The notes: generated from the sequence alone by a model not told the origin. DNA of 64,000 nucleotides from a virus (IMGVR_UViG_3300044684_000161:1-64000), one strand, 5' to 3'. Shown: positions 14,956 to 24,393, counted from the stretch's first letter. Numbers and translations: made by a program.

Positions 14956-15905
14956 TCCCCACCTCCCGCCCGCTCACCGCGCTCGATTTCGGCGAGGGCA
15001 GCTAAAAGCACTTCGTGAATGGTCGACAGCAGTAGATGCGTATGCTTGCGCTTCATCGCATTGGACACTTCCAGCAGGAAGCGCCGTTGCGGGCAATCTT
15101 CCGTCGGGAACTCATCAGTGAGTACAGTTAGCGCCGCCCCGCTAACTGGCGATGCTGCCGCGCGGGCTTGCCACATAAGCCAGCCGTCTTGAACGCGCGT
15201 ATTCACATAACGTTCGGAATCGATGCAGCTTTTCATAAACGTAGCTGTGTGCTCGGGATACTGACGCCGCCATGCCGCCTCAAACGCCCCGCGCTCATCC
15301 CGCGCTGCTGCGGTCTGCTCGGCGGGGCAGTATCGCCCCTCGCGATGCTCCGACAATGCACGCCCGCACCGATCACAGCCTGTCCCGGTAGTTGTGTATG
15401 TGTGCGCTGCTGCGGGCCTCTCCACAGGGTAACGAGCCTCCCGCTCGCGCTTGCAATCGCCGACGCCGCAACCGCGCGAGCATTCAATATCGCTAATTTC
15501 GCAGACACGAACGGCCTGCGCTGCTGCGGGCGTCGGGGCGGCGAGAGAGAACGCCGCTTCGATGCAGTTCCAAACGTCCTCGAAACTGTAGCTATCGTTT
15601 GTGCGATATGCGCCGCACGCTCTCTCAATCGCAGCGATGATCGTACCGTCGTCAATCGCCTTACGCTCCACCTGCCCCGCGCTGGCGAGAATGGCGCGGG
15701 CGCGTTTCATTCGAGAAGTCGAAAGCCCCTCATCGACGATCTCGCGCAGCAAATTCAATGCATCAATCAGCTCCGCCTGCCCCGCGCTGGCGGCGAGGAT
15801 GGCGCGGGCGAATTCCCTGCATTGAAATAACGTTATGGTGGCCAACGGATTGCCTGGTTTGAAATAATTCGCCGCCAGTTCGTTTATCTGTTCGTCAGTC
15901 AGCAT
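14952..15905 (-). CDS. Mosaic hypothetical protein
   Basis: LTDEQI..FARAILAA and ERGAFEAAW..WQARAA modules typical of lambdoid accessory proteins. Confidence 0.7.
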   Translation of the reverse strand: MLTDEQINELAANYFKPGNPLATITLFQCREFARAILAASAGQAELIDALNLLREIVDEGLSTSRMKRARAILASAGQVERKAIDDGTIIAAIERACGAYRTNDSYSFEDVWNCIEAAFSLAAPTPAAAQAVRVCEISDIECSRGCGVGDCKREREARYPVERPAAAHTYTTTGTGCDRCGRALSEHREGRYCPAEQTAAARDERGAFEAAWRRQYPEHTATFMKSCIDSERYVNTRVQDGWLMWQARAAASPVSGAALTVLTDEFPTEDCPQRRFLLEVSNAMKRKHTHLLLSTIHEVLLAALAEIERGERAGGGE

Positions 15906-17673
15906 TAGTGCCCCCGTTGAGAGTGGAGAGAAGGGCGGCATTCAGCGCGGCTAGCGTGTCTGGAACTCCGAGCGAATCGAAGTATGCCGACACGTCGAAC
16001 GCGAATTCTTGTGTGACAGGCGCCCGCCCGAAATCCATCGCAGATAGCTTTGCGGGCGTCGTCAGCAGCGCTTTCGACATATCGTATAGCGTCGTACCGG
16101 CCACGATCCGCAGTGCGCGCACGAGCAATCCATACGGCGTCAGCGGCGATGTGAGACTTGGCCGCGGCTCATCGCTCAACGTCGCCGCGCGCTGCTCGGG
16201 CTCAACCGTACCCGTTCCATCGCAGACGAAGCATTCTTGATCCGTCCCAATGTCGGGATCGCGCACAACCCATCCCGACCCGTGGCAGGCATTGCACCGT
16301 TCGCCTTCATGCTGCTCCCCCTTCGGTTCGGCCGGTGCGGGGGCGGCATCGCGCAATGCATGCCGGATCAGGGCATCCACCGCCATCGGACTACCGAATT
16401 CGACATGGCCGGCCGCGTTGATCCAGCCGCCAACGTGCGAAATCCGTTCGCCTAGCGTCATGCCTGTGGTCGCGGTCTTCTTTTGCACGATTTCGCCGCA
16501 GTCCGCGCATTTTCCGTCCGCCCACGTCCAATCGTGGGCGCATTGCCCTTCCGGCGCTACAGCCGGCGCAGCGGGGGCGGCGCTCTCCATGCCCCGGTCG
16601 AATCCCCACTTGATGCCCGCGATAACCGCGCTGCGAACGTCCTCATTGCGATACTGGAAGCGCAGACCGGCTTTCCCCAGGATTTCCATCAAGGTGCCTT
16701 CGTGCCAGTCCGGAATTTTCTTGCGCATATTCCTGTGCGCGATTTGTTCCTCCGCGCTGTGCTCGTGAGGAGTAGCGCGGCCGCATATCGGGCAAGCGAA
16801 AGTGCCGGTGGCCCCTCTCGCCCCGGCTTGCGGCGGCTGTGGGGCGGAGACCTCGCGCACTTCGTAGTCGTCGCTGGTATCGTCGGGCACCCTCGTTACC
16901 TCGAACTGGACTTCCGCGTACCACGCCGCATTGAGCGTGTATCGATCACCGAGCTTGCGACCCGACACGATCGCGGCATCATCCGGGCATTCGAAACCGT
17001 GCTCATGGTCGCCGTAGAAATAGAGGCTCGGCTTCGCCATTCGCGCAACGTCCTGCGAGAATCGCTTCCGCATGCAATTGGCGAATCGGCGGCGCAGGTC
17101 GTCATCGGCGATGGCCCGCTCGAACGCCGTCACCTGATCCGGCGACATGCATTCGCATGCCGCCTCGAAGAGGAAGCGATCGTGGTCGGTCCAGGTGATG
17201 TGCGGAGCGGTTTGTGAGCGCGAGAGGGGTGGCGCTCCGTCCGGGACGTTCAAAATCAGCGTGCCGAGCAGATTTACGGCACGCTCGCCGGCATCGCCGC
17301 CCTTGGCTGGATCACGCGCATCCATGATGATGCCTTCGGCGATCTCGTGCCAGCGCATCGTCGGGGCCGGCGCCGCCTCCGCCCGCTCCATCCGCGTCTG
17401 CTTCTCTGCAAGCGCGAGCGTCACCCGGTCGTACCGCTTCTCGATCTCGCCGGCTCGCTGCTCGGCCGCCTCCAGCCGCTTGACGAGTTCGAGCACGACG
17501 TCGGGACTCGCTTGCCCAATGAACTGCATGTTTTCATCGTGGCTGTCTTCGCCGCCGTCACGCAGGCATTCGATATAGCCTCCGTTGGTCTCTATGAGAG
17601 ACTGCCCGATGCACCACACACCTTGATCAGCCGCCTGCGCGGACTTCTTCAACTGCTCGAGATCGAGTTTCAT
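15895..17673 (-). CDS. Ead/Ea22-like mosaic protein with zinc fingers and a C-terminal HTH
   Basis: N-terminal LEQLKKSA...FIGQASPDVVLELVKRLEAAE (Ead/Ea22 signature), CxxC modules, LTPYGLLVRALRI. Confidence 0.8.
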   Translation of the reverse strand: MKLDLEQLKKSAQAADQGVWCIGQSLIETNGGYIECLRDGGEDSHDENMQFIGQASPDVVLELVKRLEAAEQRAGEIEKRYDRVTLALAEKQTRMERAEAAPAPTMRWHEIAEGIIMDARDPAKGGDAGERAVNLLGTLILNVPDGAPPLSRSQTAPHITWTDHDRFLFEAACECMSPDQVTAFERAIADDDLRRRFANCMRKRFSQDVARMAKPSLYFYGDHEHGFECPDDAAIVSGRKLGDRYTLNAAWYAEVQFEVTRVPDDTSDDYEVREVSAPQPPQAGARGATGTFACPICGRATPHEHSAEEQIAHRNMRKKIPDWHEGTLMEILGKAGLRFQYRNEDVRSAVIAGIKWGFDRGMESAAPAAPAVAPEGQCAHDWTWADGKCADCGEIVQKKTATTGMTLGERISHVGGWINAAGHVEFGSPMAVDALIRHALRDAAPAPAEPKGEQHEGERCNACHGSGWVVRDPDIGTDQECFVCDGTGTVEPEQRAATLSDEPRPSLTSPLTPYGLLVRALRIVAGTTLYDMSKALLTTPAKLSAMDFGRAPVTQEFAFDVSAYFDSLGVPDTLAALNAALLSTLNGGTNAD

Positions 17674-17704
17674 TCCTTTCCTTGGTTGGTTGCTGGGTGC
17701 CTGT

Positions 17705-17776
17705 AGTGTAGATCAAATTTGATTACGTCGTTGTCGCGTGCGCGCAACAGAGCGAGTGCGCCCGATGAGCGCCCGG
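17705..17776 (-). promoter_or_regulatory. Leftward promoter with ATCAAATTTGAT operator and upstream tandem motif
   Basis: Minus strand ATCAAATTTGAT-C-TACACT; GCGCCCGA-tga-GCGCCCGG at 17758-17776. Confidence 0.6.
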
Positions 17777-17859
17777 ATCGGACTCTAGAAAGCCGAAACC
17801 CCGCGCCAGTATTGCCGCGCGGGGTTTGCGTGGGGAGATCATTAGTCAGGTGGTTAGCG

Positions 17860-18168
17860 CTACGAAGAGCACGGTTCTGCATCGTTTCCCGGATGAAAAT
17901 GGAGCCGAAGGAGCTCATCGGGATTCTCGACGCCTACGATGTCGACGGCGGACAGACCAGGAATACCGTCATCGACCCATGTAAAGCCAACCGTCATAAA
18001 CTTCGTCGATCCAGGTGCGCCGGCGAGATCGTCGATAGCGGTTTCTAGGGTGCTCGGTTCTCGGGCTATGCTGATCCACTGCTTGAAGTCGGCGAGGCAC
18101 GCGTCGATCTTGTCCTCTGGCACGGCCAGGAAATCGGCGATAGTACTGATTCGGTATTCGTTGCTCAC
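17860..18168 (-). CDS. Hypothetical protein
   Basis: YRISTIADFLAVPEDKIDACLADF...FTWVDDG; GGAGA RBS before GTG. Confidence 0.7.
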   Translation of the reverse strand: MSNEYRISTIADFLAVPEDKIDACLADFKQWISIAREPSTLETAIDDLAGAPGSTKFMTVGFTWVDDGIPGLSAVDIVGVENPDELLRLHFHPGNDAEPCSS

Positions 18169-18207
18169 AATCTCTCCAGTCATCGCCGGCGGCCGGCCGG
18201 CACGGGT

Positions 18208-18450
18208 TCAGACTAGCGCGCCGCATATCCGCCGGTAGAAGTGCAGCTTGACGAGCGCGCATGCCTCGTTTGCCGTTGCTGGATCGGCCCGCGCTAGGAT
18301 GTTGCGCTCAATCTCGTCGATCAGCGATTCGATCTCGTGGATCAGCGCGCGGGTGATTGGCCGCCCGACAAACGCGTCGACGCGCTCGCGCAGCGTGAGA
18401 GGAGGAGGCATCTGCACTAAAGCGAGAAGGGATGGAAGCGGGATGCTCAC
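18208..18450 (-). CDS. Hypothetical protein
   Basis: GTGA overlap with the upstream gene. Confidence 0.5.
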   Translation of the reverse strand: MSIPLPSLLALVQMPPPLTLRERVDAFVGRPITRALIHEIESLIDEIERNILARADPATANEACALVKLHFYRRICGALV

Positions 18451-18740
18451 GTCCGCATCTCCCTCGGCATCCACGCGCATTCACTCCACGCGACGACTGC
18501 ATCGATCTCGCGGCGTGCCGCGCGGTCATGGCTTAGATGCTCGACCGGGATGATGAACTCGTCGCCCTCGATCGTCATGGCGCGATGACCCTCGACGTAC
18601 ATCGGCTTGCCGGTGTCGACGTGCTTCGCGATCGACGCCTTGATCGGACGCAGGATCTCGCACGCGGTTCCGTTGAATCGCGCCAATGGGCCCGTCATGC
18701 TGTGGATAGTGACGATATCGCCGGTTCGGAATGTGCTCAT
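18447..18740 (-). CDS. Hypothetical protein
   Basis: FRTGDIV start and WSECAWMP end; GGAG RBS. Confidence 0.65.
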   Translation of the reverse strand: MSTFRTGDIVTIHSMTGPLARFNGTACEILRPIKASIAKHVDTGKPMYVEGHRAMTIEGDEFIIPVEHLSHDRAARREIDAVVAWSECAWMPREMRT

Positions 18741-18750
18741 GGGATGCTCC

Positions 18751-18773
18751 AAAGCCCGCGACGAATGCGGGCT
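18751..18773 (-). terminator. Putative terminator
   Basis: Minus strand AGCCCGC-N7-GCGGGCT-TT after the 18783 stop. Confidence 0.45.
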
Positions 18774-18782
18774 GATTTTCGA

Positions 18783-19694
18783 TTACTTCAGGGGTGCCAG
18801 GCCGAGGCGGGAGCGCACGATCGGATCGGTGTACTCGGCGGAGGCGACCTTCTGCGGTTCCGCCTTCGGCAGCTTGTCAGATGACGAAGTTGTCGAAGGT
18901 GCTTGGCCGCCGCACGGCTTGCCGGTGCGGGCCCGCGCTTCGCGATACGCGTCTACACTGCACATCATTTCTGCGGCGGTTTCCTTGTCACCGAGTACTG
19001 CGGCCGTCGTGCGAACCTGCTCAAGCAGCATGCAATTCTTGTCCGTCCACGACGAGCCGATCGACACGCCTACTGACATGCCTTGCACGCCGGCGCTCGT
19101 CGATCCCATGCACACGGCCGTCGGCGCGATGTTCGGCGCATAGGCGGTTGCGACCGGGATCTTCGACGCCTGATACGTGTCGCCGTTGACCGTCACCGAC
19201 TGCGCCGAGTTATTGCCGCTGTTTGCGTTCGAGTTGCTGTTCGACGCGCTCGAGCGGTTGTCGTTGCTGCTCGACTGCGACTGACCCTGGTGGCTGTTGC
19301 CGCTGCCCACTACGGCTTGGCTCTGGCTAGCGTTGCCGCCCTTGGCCGTCTGCGATTGGCCTTGCGCCTGACCCTGCGTGTTGGAGTTCCGGTTCGAGTT
19401 GGCGTTCGTGTTGCTGGAATTGCCCGAGCCGACGACGCCGGCGAGCGCGCCGGACGACGAGCCCGAGACGGCCGTGCCGCCGTATCCGATGCCCGTGCCA
19501 CCGGCACCGCCCATGCCGATACCTACGCCGACGCCAGTTCCACCGGTGCCACCAGCGCCGCCCGTGGCGCTATTGGTCGTCGTGCCGCCACCCGTCGATG
19601 GGCAATTGCCTTGACAGCTATTATCCCCGCTAACAGTCGCCATCGCCGATGTCGTGCCCAGCACGAGCAATGCGGTCAAAATTACCTTTTTCAT
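18783..19694 (-). CDS. Secreted Gly/Ser/Asn/Gln-rich protein with a Cys-containing C-terminal domain
   Basis: Signal peptide MKKVILTALLVLGTTSAMA, low-complexity core, PVATAYAP..CMGSTSAG..DKNC..MMC. Confidence 0.85.
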   Translation of the reverse strand: MKKVILTALLVLGTTSAMATVSGDNSCQGNCPSTGGGTTTNSATGGAGGTGGTGVGVGIGMGGAGGTGIGYGGTAVSGSSSGALAGVVGSGNSSNTNANSNRNSNTQGQAQGQSQTAKGGNASQSQAVVGSGNSHQGQSQSSSNDNRSSASNSNSNANSGNNSAQSVTVNGDTYQASKIPVATAYAPNIAPTAVCMGSTSAGVQGMSVGVSIGSSWTDKNCMLLEQVRTTAAVLGDKETAAEMMCSVDAYREARARTGKPCGGQAPSTTSSSDKLPKAEPQKVASAEYTDPIVRSRLGLAPLK

Positions 19695-19764
19695 AGTCTC
19701 GTTCCAAAGTATCCGCGAGAACCGTCGCGGTATGCGGTAAGTCAAAGTGTGTGCTTCAGAACGG

Positions 19765-19801
19765 ACTATAAATCAAATTTGAGTAATTGAGCAAATTTGA
19801 T
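19765..19801 (-). promoter_or_regulatory. Sigma70-like promoter overlapped by two CAAATTTGA operators
   Basis: Minus strand TTGCTC...CTCAAATTTGAT-T-TATAGT; second copy at 19790-19801. Confidence 0.65.
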
Positions 19802-19820
19802 CAGTTGTTTTATTGCAACA

Positions 19821-20009
19821 TTAGTGACCGCAAGGCAGTTTGCCATCGGAATCGGTGCGTGCTCCGCAGGAAATACAGGTGAAGCCAACGCGCGCGGCAG
19901 CGGCTCGGATGATGGCTCGTCGTTCAAGGATTTTCATCGCGAGATCTGCGCTGTATCCACGTTGATTTGCGAGTTCGAGAAAATCCTGAAAGGTCTTCGG
20001 CTCGCTCAC
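19821..20009 (-). CDS. Hypothetical protein
   Basis: CISCGA..LPCGH; GTGA overlap. Confidence 0.55.
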   Translation of the reverse strand: MSEPKTFQDFLELANQRGYSADLAMKILERRAIIRAAAARVGFTCISCGARTDSDGKLPCGH

Positions 20010-20401
20010 TCCGGCACCTCCTCGCCGTAGACGCTGGCGACGAGCGCGCGCATGGCGGCGATCATTGGCGTCGGACCAGTCATGTGCGCCGTAGCCTTCA
20101 GATTGCGTGCCGTCCAGAATGTCCCGTCCTCGGCTGGGGTTTCGAAGGACATGACCGATATCCGGCGACTATCAATGATCTCCATTGCAATCCGCCGGTT
20201 CATCGACGGATTCCACGGCTCGACGACGCCCGCCGGCCCGACGATGGCGAACGCGGCCGGCTTCACGTGCTCGCGATAAGCCAGATAGAACCCGGTCCGA
20301 TCGTAGTTTTTGAGCGAATCTCGCGTCCTCTCGGCGCCGAGCGCCATCGCTACCCAGTGGTCGAGCTCGATGCCCGACAGGTCTTTGATGAGTTTGGTCA
20401 C
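20006..20401 (-). CDS. NinX/DUF2591-like phage protein
   Basis: LSGIELDHWVAMA...WNPS...GPTPMIAAMRALVASVYGEEV. Confidence 0.8.
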   Translation of the reverse strand: MTKLIKDLSGIELDHWVAMALGAERTRDSLKNYDRTGFYLAYREHVKPAAFAIVGPAGVVEPWNPSMNRRIAMEIIDSRRISVMSFETPAEDGTFWTARNLKATAHMTGPTPMIAAMRALVASVYGEEVPE

Positions 20402-20745
20402 GGAATGTTTCTCCCAATTTCAGCGGCCGCGCGCACGATGGCGCGGCGCGTGGCGGCGTATTTGTCGCCGCGCCAGCCTTCAGTGAAGTTCCAGCCCTCT
20501 CCGCTTCCCGGTTGTTCCGGCGAAGGTGCTATTGCTGAAGTCGTCTGCTCATCGTCGTCCGTGTTGAATTGAACGTCGATGTCCAACTGCATCGCCAGCC
20601 GCAGCGCGTCGCCGTCGTCGGTGAGCGGGTTCCATGGGAGTCCGTCGACTCCTGGAATATAAACCCCTTTGTATGTCGGGGCGATCCACTGCAAATTCAC
20701 GGCCGCCGCCTTCGCGGCGAGCTCGATCAGTTCGCGGTCGGTCAT
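20398..20745 (-). CDS. Conserved phage protein
   Basis: MTDRELIELAAKAA..WNPLTDDGDALRLA..ATRRAIVRAAAEIG. Confidence 0.8.
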   Translation of the reverse strand: MTDRELIELAAKAAAVNLQWIAPTYKGVYIPGVDGLPWNPLTDDGDALRLAMQLDIDVQFNTDDDEQTTSAIAPSPEQPGSGEGWNFTEGWRGDKYAATRRAIVRAAAEIGRNIP

Positions 20746-20918
20746 GGCATGACCCTCCAAAGCCATGCTGCGGTCCCGGCGATGATCAACAGCATTCCGG
20801 CGATCGTGCCGCATGCGCACGTGGTTTTTGCGTGGTCGCGCCAGCCGTACTCGTATCGGTCGAAGATCCCGAACGCCAAGCCGCACACGACGAACATCGC
20901 GAAGCCGATGGCAGTCAT
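20742..20918 (-). CDS. 58-aa two-TM membrane protein (below the ORF-track cutoff)
   Basis: MTAIGFAMFVVCGLAFGIF...GMLLIIAGTAAWLWRVMP; GGAGG RBS; ATGA overlaps. Confidence 0.6.
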   Translation of the reverse strand: MTAIGFAMFVVCGLAFGIFDRYEYGWRDHAKTTCACGTIAGMLLIIAGTAAWLWRVMP

Positions 20919-21085
20919 GATGCCTCCGTATGCGAGGCGGCGGCGAGGCCGCCGAAGATGAGCGCAAGCATGGCGACGAGATAGACGACCAGTTCAGCAT
21001 CGCCGCGCGCCGCGTAAGCGACAGCGCCGCTGGCGATCGTCGCACCCACGGCGATCGCGCCGTGGCGAATGGCGTTGCGGATCAT
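20915..21085 (-). CDS. Small membrane protein
   Basis: Hydrophobic; GGAGG RBS; ATGA overlaps. Confidence 0.6.
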   Translation of the reverse strand: MIRNAIRHGAIAVGATIASGAVAYAARGDAELVVYLVAMLALIFGGLAAASHTEAS

Positions 21086-21324
21086 GATGCCTCCTGCCAG
21101 AACTCCGCGCATTTCTGATAGCGGTAGAAGGTGCCGGTATCCTCGGTCACGTCGAACTCGACCTCGCCGCGACTGAGATATTCGAGAGCGGCATTGACGG
21201 CGTAACCGACAGCGCCGAATCCGTTGCGGATCGACGTGCCGTCAGGGAACATGACGACCCACTCCTGCGTGGACTCAAACCAGATCGCGACGAATTCCTC
21301 GATCTTTGGACGAAAGATGGTCAC
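21082..21324 (-). CDS. Hypothetical protein
   Basis: GGAGG RBS; overlapping chain. Confidence 0.65.
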   Translation of the reverse strand: MTIFRPKIEEFVAIWFESTQEWVVMFPDGTSIRNGFGAVGYAVNAALEYLSRGEVEFDVTEDTGTFYRYQKCAEFWQEAS

Positions 21325-21668
21325 GATGCCTCCCGCGCGCGGAGCATGGCATCCGCCTCGATGTAGCGCATCTTGGCGCGCAGATCAGCCCAGAAAGTCG
21401 CGTTGCCGATCGGGTCTTTGTCCCAATCGGGGCACTCGCGGCCGAGCATCTTCTCGGCGAATTCGAAATCGATGTCATCGGCTGCGCTTGCGGCCGCCTG
21501 CGCGTGCGTGGCGAAGTAGTCGCGGAGGGTCATGCCGGCCTCGAAATCAGGCCATCCCTTCTCATTCACATAGTCGTGCGGAAACGCCTGCCCTCCGTCT
21601 TTTCGTCGCGATATAGCGCTGTAGCCTTGCGCGTTGTGCTGGATGCCGTAGTTGACGTTCTCGCTCAT
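21321..21668 (-). CDS. Conserved phage protein
   Basis: DGGQAFP..GMTLRDYFA..ADAMLRAR family signature. Confidence 0.8.
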   Translation of the reverse strand: MSENVNYGIQHNAQGYSAISRRKDGGQAFPHDYVNEKGWPDFEAGMTLRDYFATHAQAAASAADDIDFEFAEKMLGRECPDWDKDPIGNATFWADLRAKMRYIEADAMLRAREAS

Positions 21669-21922
21669 GCCGCCACCTTCCGCGCCTTGTTGGCCGCGTC
21701 GTATGCCCGAATTAGTTGGACGAGCGATTGCATGAGGATGGTGCTGTTGCTACTGGCGAGACAGGATCCCCGAACCTCGTCGACTGATCCGCCGGAACTG
21801 AAGCGGTATCGAACGCCGCGCCAGTCGAATTCGACATAGTCATTTGCGAATTCGATTCTTCGCATCTGATCTGGGTACGGCAAAGCCCGGATCAGTAGCT
21901 CGATGAGTTCTCCGTAATCCAC
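21665..21922 (-). CDS. Hypothetical protein
   Basis: GGGAG RBS before GTG; first gene after the promoter at ~21975. Confidence 0.6.
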   Translation of the reverse strand: MDYGELIELLIRALPYPDQMRRIEFANDYVEFDWRGVRYRFSSGGSVDEVRGSCLASSNSTILMQSLVQLIRAYDAANKARKVAA

Positions 21923-21942
21923 AATATCTCCCGTTGCGCCGG

Positions 21943-21989
21943 GCGCCCGATGCGCCCGACTGGTGCCCGAATTGTAAATCAAATTTGAT
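21943..21989 (-). promoter_or_regulatory. Leftward promoter with ATCAAATTTGAT operator and a triple GCGCCCGA motif
   Basis: Minus strand ATCAAATTTGAT-T-TACAAT; GCGCCCGA at 21943 and 21952, GTGCCCGA at 21963. Confidence 0.6.
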
Positions 21990-22010
21990 TAAGCGAGCCG
22001 CGCCAGCGGC

Positions 22011-22385
22011 TTAGGTGTTGTGTGAAACAGACATGCTGTCGGCTGCGCTCGGCGCGGCCACGATGGGGATGCCCCGCAGGCGCGGCTCGCGCCGGACGCA
22101 CAATCCGTCTTTGCCGCCCGGCTCATAAACCCTGCACGTCTCCGGGCGTTCGTCGTATCGAGTGCAGCGGCCGTCCGGTCCGATGCGATCGCACGAGAAC
22201 AGCACTTGCACCCGGTCCTGCCCCTCGTGAAGCGGGTACACGCGCTTGGGCCGGAAGAACGGCATATTGTGGGCGTCCATCTTGTCGCGCGCGGCTTCGG
22301 ACCAGTTGTCGGCCGGCACATAAAAATTCAGCACAAACTCCCGGCAGCACGCGCCCGGGCTGCAGCAGGTATCGCAGGCGCTCAT
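22011..22385 (-). CDS. YkgJ-like cysteine-cluster (CxxCxxCC) protein
   Basis: CDTC..GACC...C......GRCTRYDERPETCRVY. Confidence 0.8.
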   Translation of the reverse strand: MSACDTCCSPGACCREFVLNFYVPADNWSEAARDKMDAHNMPFFRPKRVYPLHEGQDRVQVLFSCDRIGPDGRCTRYDERPETCRVYEPGGKDGLCVRREPRLRGIPIVAAPSAADSMSVSHNT

Positions 22386-22600
22386 ACGCCTCCTTGTGTT
22401 GGTTGGTTGCAGGTCTCGCACGGGATCCCGCGCTTCGACGCGCTGATGCTCGTGATCTCCAGCCAGTCGGTTTCAGCGCCGCATCGGCCGCACTGGTACC
22501 GACCGATCTTGTCGCCGTTCTCGGCGGTGCCGGCGTCGATGATGTGCATGCGGAGCACGCGCGGCCGGCGCGGCACCTCGCCGAACAGGTCAGTCGCCAT
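22382..22600 (-). CDS. Small zinc-ribbon protein
   Basis: MHIIDAG..CGRCG..PCETCN. Confidence 0.7.
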   Translation of the reverse strand: MATDLFGEVPRRPRVLRMHIIDAGTAENGDKIGRYQCGRCGAETDWLEITSISASKRGIPCETCNQPTQGGV

Positions 22601-22997
22601 TGGCGCCTCCGATCGGCCGCTCGAACGCGGCCTCCACCAAGCCCGCCTGCTCCTGAAGCTGCGCGCGGCGGAACTCGCTCCAGTCCGCCAGCCATTGCTC
22701 GGCGTCCGCCGGATCGCCGAGCTCTCCGGTTACGCGGCGCCGCGCATTCATGGCGCTGCACTGCTTCAGCGTGATCGGCACCGCGCCGGCGGCGATCGCG
22801 AACTCGCGCTTGCTCATGGCGATGTCGTAGTGGATCCCGCTCGTGCGCTCTGGCGACTGCCACCAGCGCCGCGCGACGCCGATCCGGGCCGCCATCGCGT
22901 GCAGCTCCTCGTCGGTGTCGGCGATCAGGTGCGACATCTTCATGCGCCCGTACTGGCCGAGCGCGTACTGGTACATGTCGTCGACGTAGCAGGTCAT
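22590..22997 (-). CDS. DUF4031-like protein
   Basis: YVDD..MSHLIADTDEELHAMAARIG..HYDI. Confidence 0.85.
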   Translation of the reverse strand: MTCYVDDMYQYALGQYGRMKMSHLIADTDEELHAMAARIGVARRWWQSPERTSGIHYDIAMSKREFAIAAGAVPITLKQCSAMNARRRVTGELGDPADAEQWLADWSEFRRAQLQEQAGLVEAAFERPIGGANGD

Positions 22998-23311
22998 TAC
23001 GCGCCTCCCACTGCGAGTTCTTCTTCGTCGAAGTAGATCGTGCCCGTGTTCTCGCTGCGGAGCGCGCGGCGCATGCCACGCAAGACAGCCAGATCGCCCC
23101 ACGCGTAGTTTGACGGGTAGATCGTGAACCATCCCAAGTGCGTAGGCGTCTGGGCGTCGCGATTGAACAGGAGCGTCAGGCGCCCCTCGATGCTGCGCCG
23201 CCAGAGCGCGACGTACTCGGCATCGCGCCGGGCCCGCTCCGCCTCGATCCGTGCGATTTTCGCCTCGACGCGCTCGAGCCATGCAGCGCGGTCGGTGATT
23301 TCGACTTTCAT
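22997..23311 (-). CDS. Hypothetical protein
   Basis: GGAGG RBS; coupled to neighbours. Confidence 0.65.
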   Translation of the reverse strand: MKVEITDRAAWLERVEAKIARIEAERARRDAEYVALWRRSIEGRLTLLFNRDAQTPTHLGWFTIYPSNYAWGDLAVLRGMRRALRSENTGTIYFDEEELAVGGA

Positions 23312-23991
23312 GCGCCTCCCTTCGCGCGTGCGGCGTCGAGCAGGTCAGCGGCCGACCTGCTATAGCCATTCGCCACATCGATCCCATGATCGGCGGCCAC
23401 GGTGATTGCGATGTCCTGCAGCTCGTCGTCGGGAAGCGTGCTGCTGATGATGCGCCAGCGCTCGGCGTCGTCGCGCAGAACCGCGATCGCCGGCACGAGA
23501 TCGCGGTGCAGGTCATCGCCCGCGAGAAGCCCGACGGCCGTGCCCGCGCGTTGCAGGGCGTCGGCGTGCGCGGAGCCCGACTGGCGCAGGCGCTCGGCTT
23601 CCGCGCGCGCCGCGTCGCGCTCGCGCTCCGCCTCGAGCCGGCACTGGTGCGGCGTCTTGCCCTGCTTGCGCTGCAGGATGGCGATGAGCTCGCCGATCGC
23701 GAGATCGGTCGAGCACAGTTGCATTTCGATGTAGTTGCTCGCCGGCGAGTCCTTGAAGTAGTCGGCGAACGCGGCCGCGAAGATCCGGACCGGGCCGCCC
23801 TCGAGCCCTATGTCGAACGAGCCTTGATGAATATTCAGGCCGGTCAGCATGACCTGCTTCGGGTCGATGTGCTTCTCGACGATCGCGCTCAGGCGCTCGA
23901 CCTCAGCGCACAACGCGAGCACGTCGGCGGGCACCGTGCCGTAGCCCGCCTCCGCCTCGCGCTTCACCTTCTCGAATTTCTCTGCATCCAC
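23308..23991 (-). CDS. Mosaic hypothetical protein
   Basis: ASNYIEM..LQRKQGKTPHQ and RDDAERWR modules. Confidence 0.75.
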   Translation of the reverse strand: MDAEKFEKVKREAEAGYGTVPADVLALCAEVERLSAIVEKHIDPKQVMLTGLNIHQGSFDIGLEGGPVRIFAAAFADYFKDSPASNYIEMQLCSTDLAIGELIAILQRKQGKTPHQCRLEAERERDAARAEAERLRQSGSAHADALQRAGTAVGLLAGDDLHRDLVPAIAVLRDDAERWRIISSTLPDDELQDIAITVAADHGIDVANGYSRSAADLLDAARAKGGA

Positions 23992-24189
23992 GATGGTCTC
24001 CGGTGGGCCCGGCCGGAGTCGGGCATAGTGCGATCACGACCAGCGGCGATCAGGCGATCGCGGCCTCGATATCGAAACTCTCGGCGCTCTCGTTAGTTGC
24101 CCGCTTCGCGTCGAGCGCAGCGGGGAAGTAGTGGTGCGACGGGCCGAGCGTGCTGATACCTTCTCGGAGGTTTTCCTTCTCGGTGCGCT

Positions 24190-24393
24190 TCAGGCGCTGG
24201 TACTCGGCGCGGCCGCAGGTCGGCGCGAGCGCGTGTGCTGGCCGGTCCAGACGGCCGAGTGGATCACGCCTCGCATCAGGCCCGGCGCGCGGATGACGAC
24301 TGCCTTTTTCGGCTGCGTGATGACTTCGCGCGGATCGCGCCCGAACAGGCGCTTCATGGTGCGACGAATGGACTTCGCTTTCTTTTGGTTCAT
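24190..24393 (-). CDS. Small basic hypothetical protein
   Basis: MNQKKAKSIRR start typical of phage proteins; 3' end uncertain. Confidence 0.4.
   Translation of the reverse strand: MNQKKAKSIRRTMKRLFGRDPREVITQPKKAVVIRAPGLMRGVIHSAVWTGQHTRSRRPAAAPSTSA

Noticed and set aside
22022-24096. Long plus-strand ORFs antisense to the leftward genes (and similar shadows elsewhere, e.g. 29352-30350, 57771-58862)
   Set aside because: Expected stop-poor antisense frames in GC-rich coding DNA; the real genes are on the opposite strand with RBSs and family motifs
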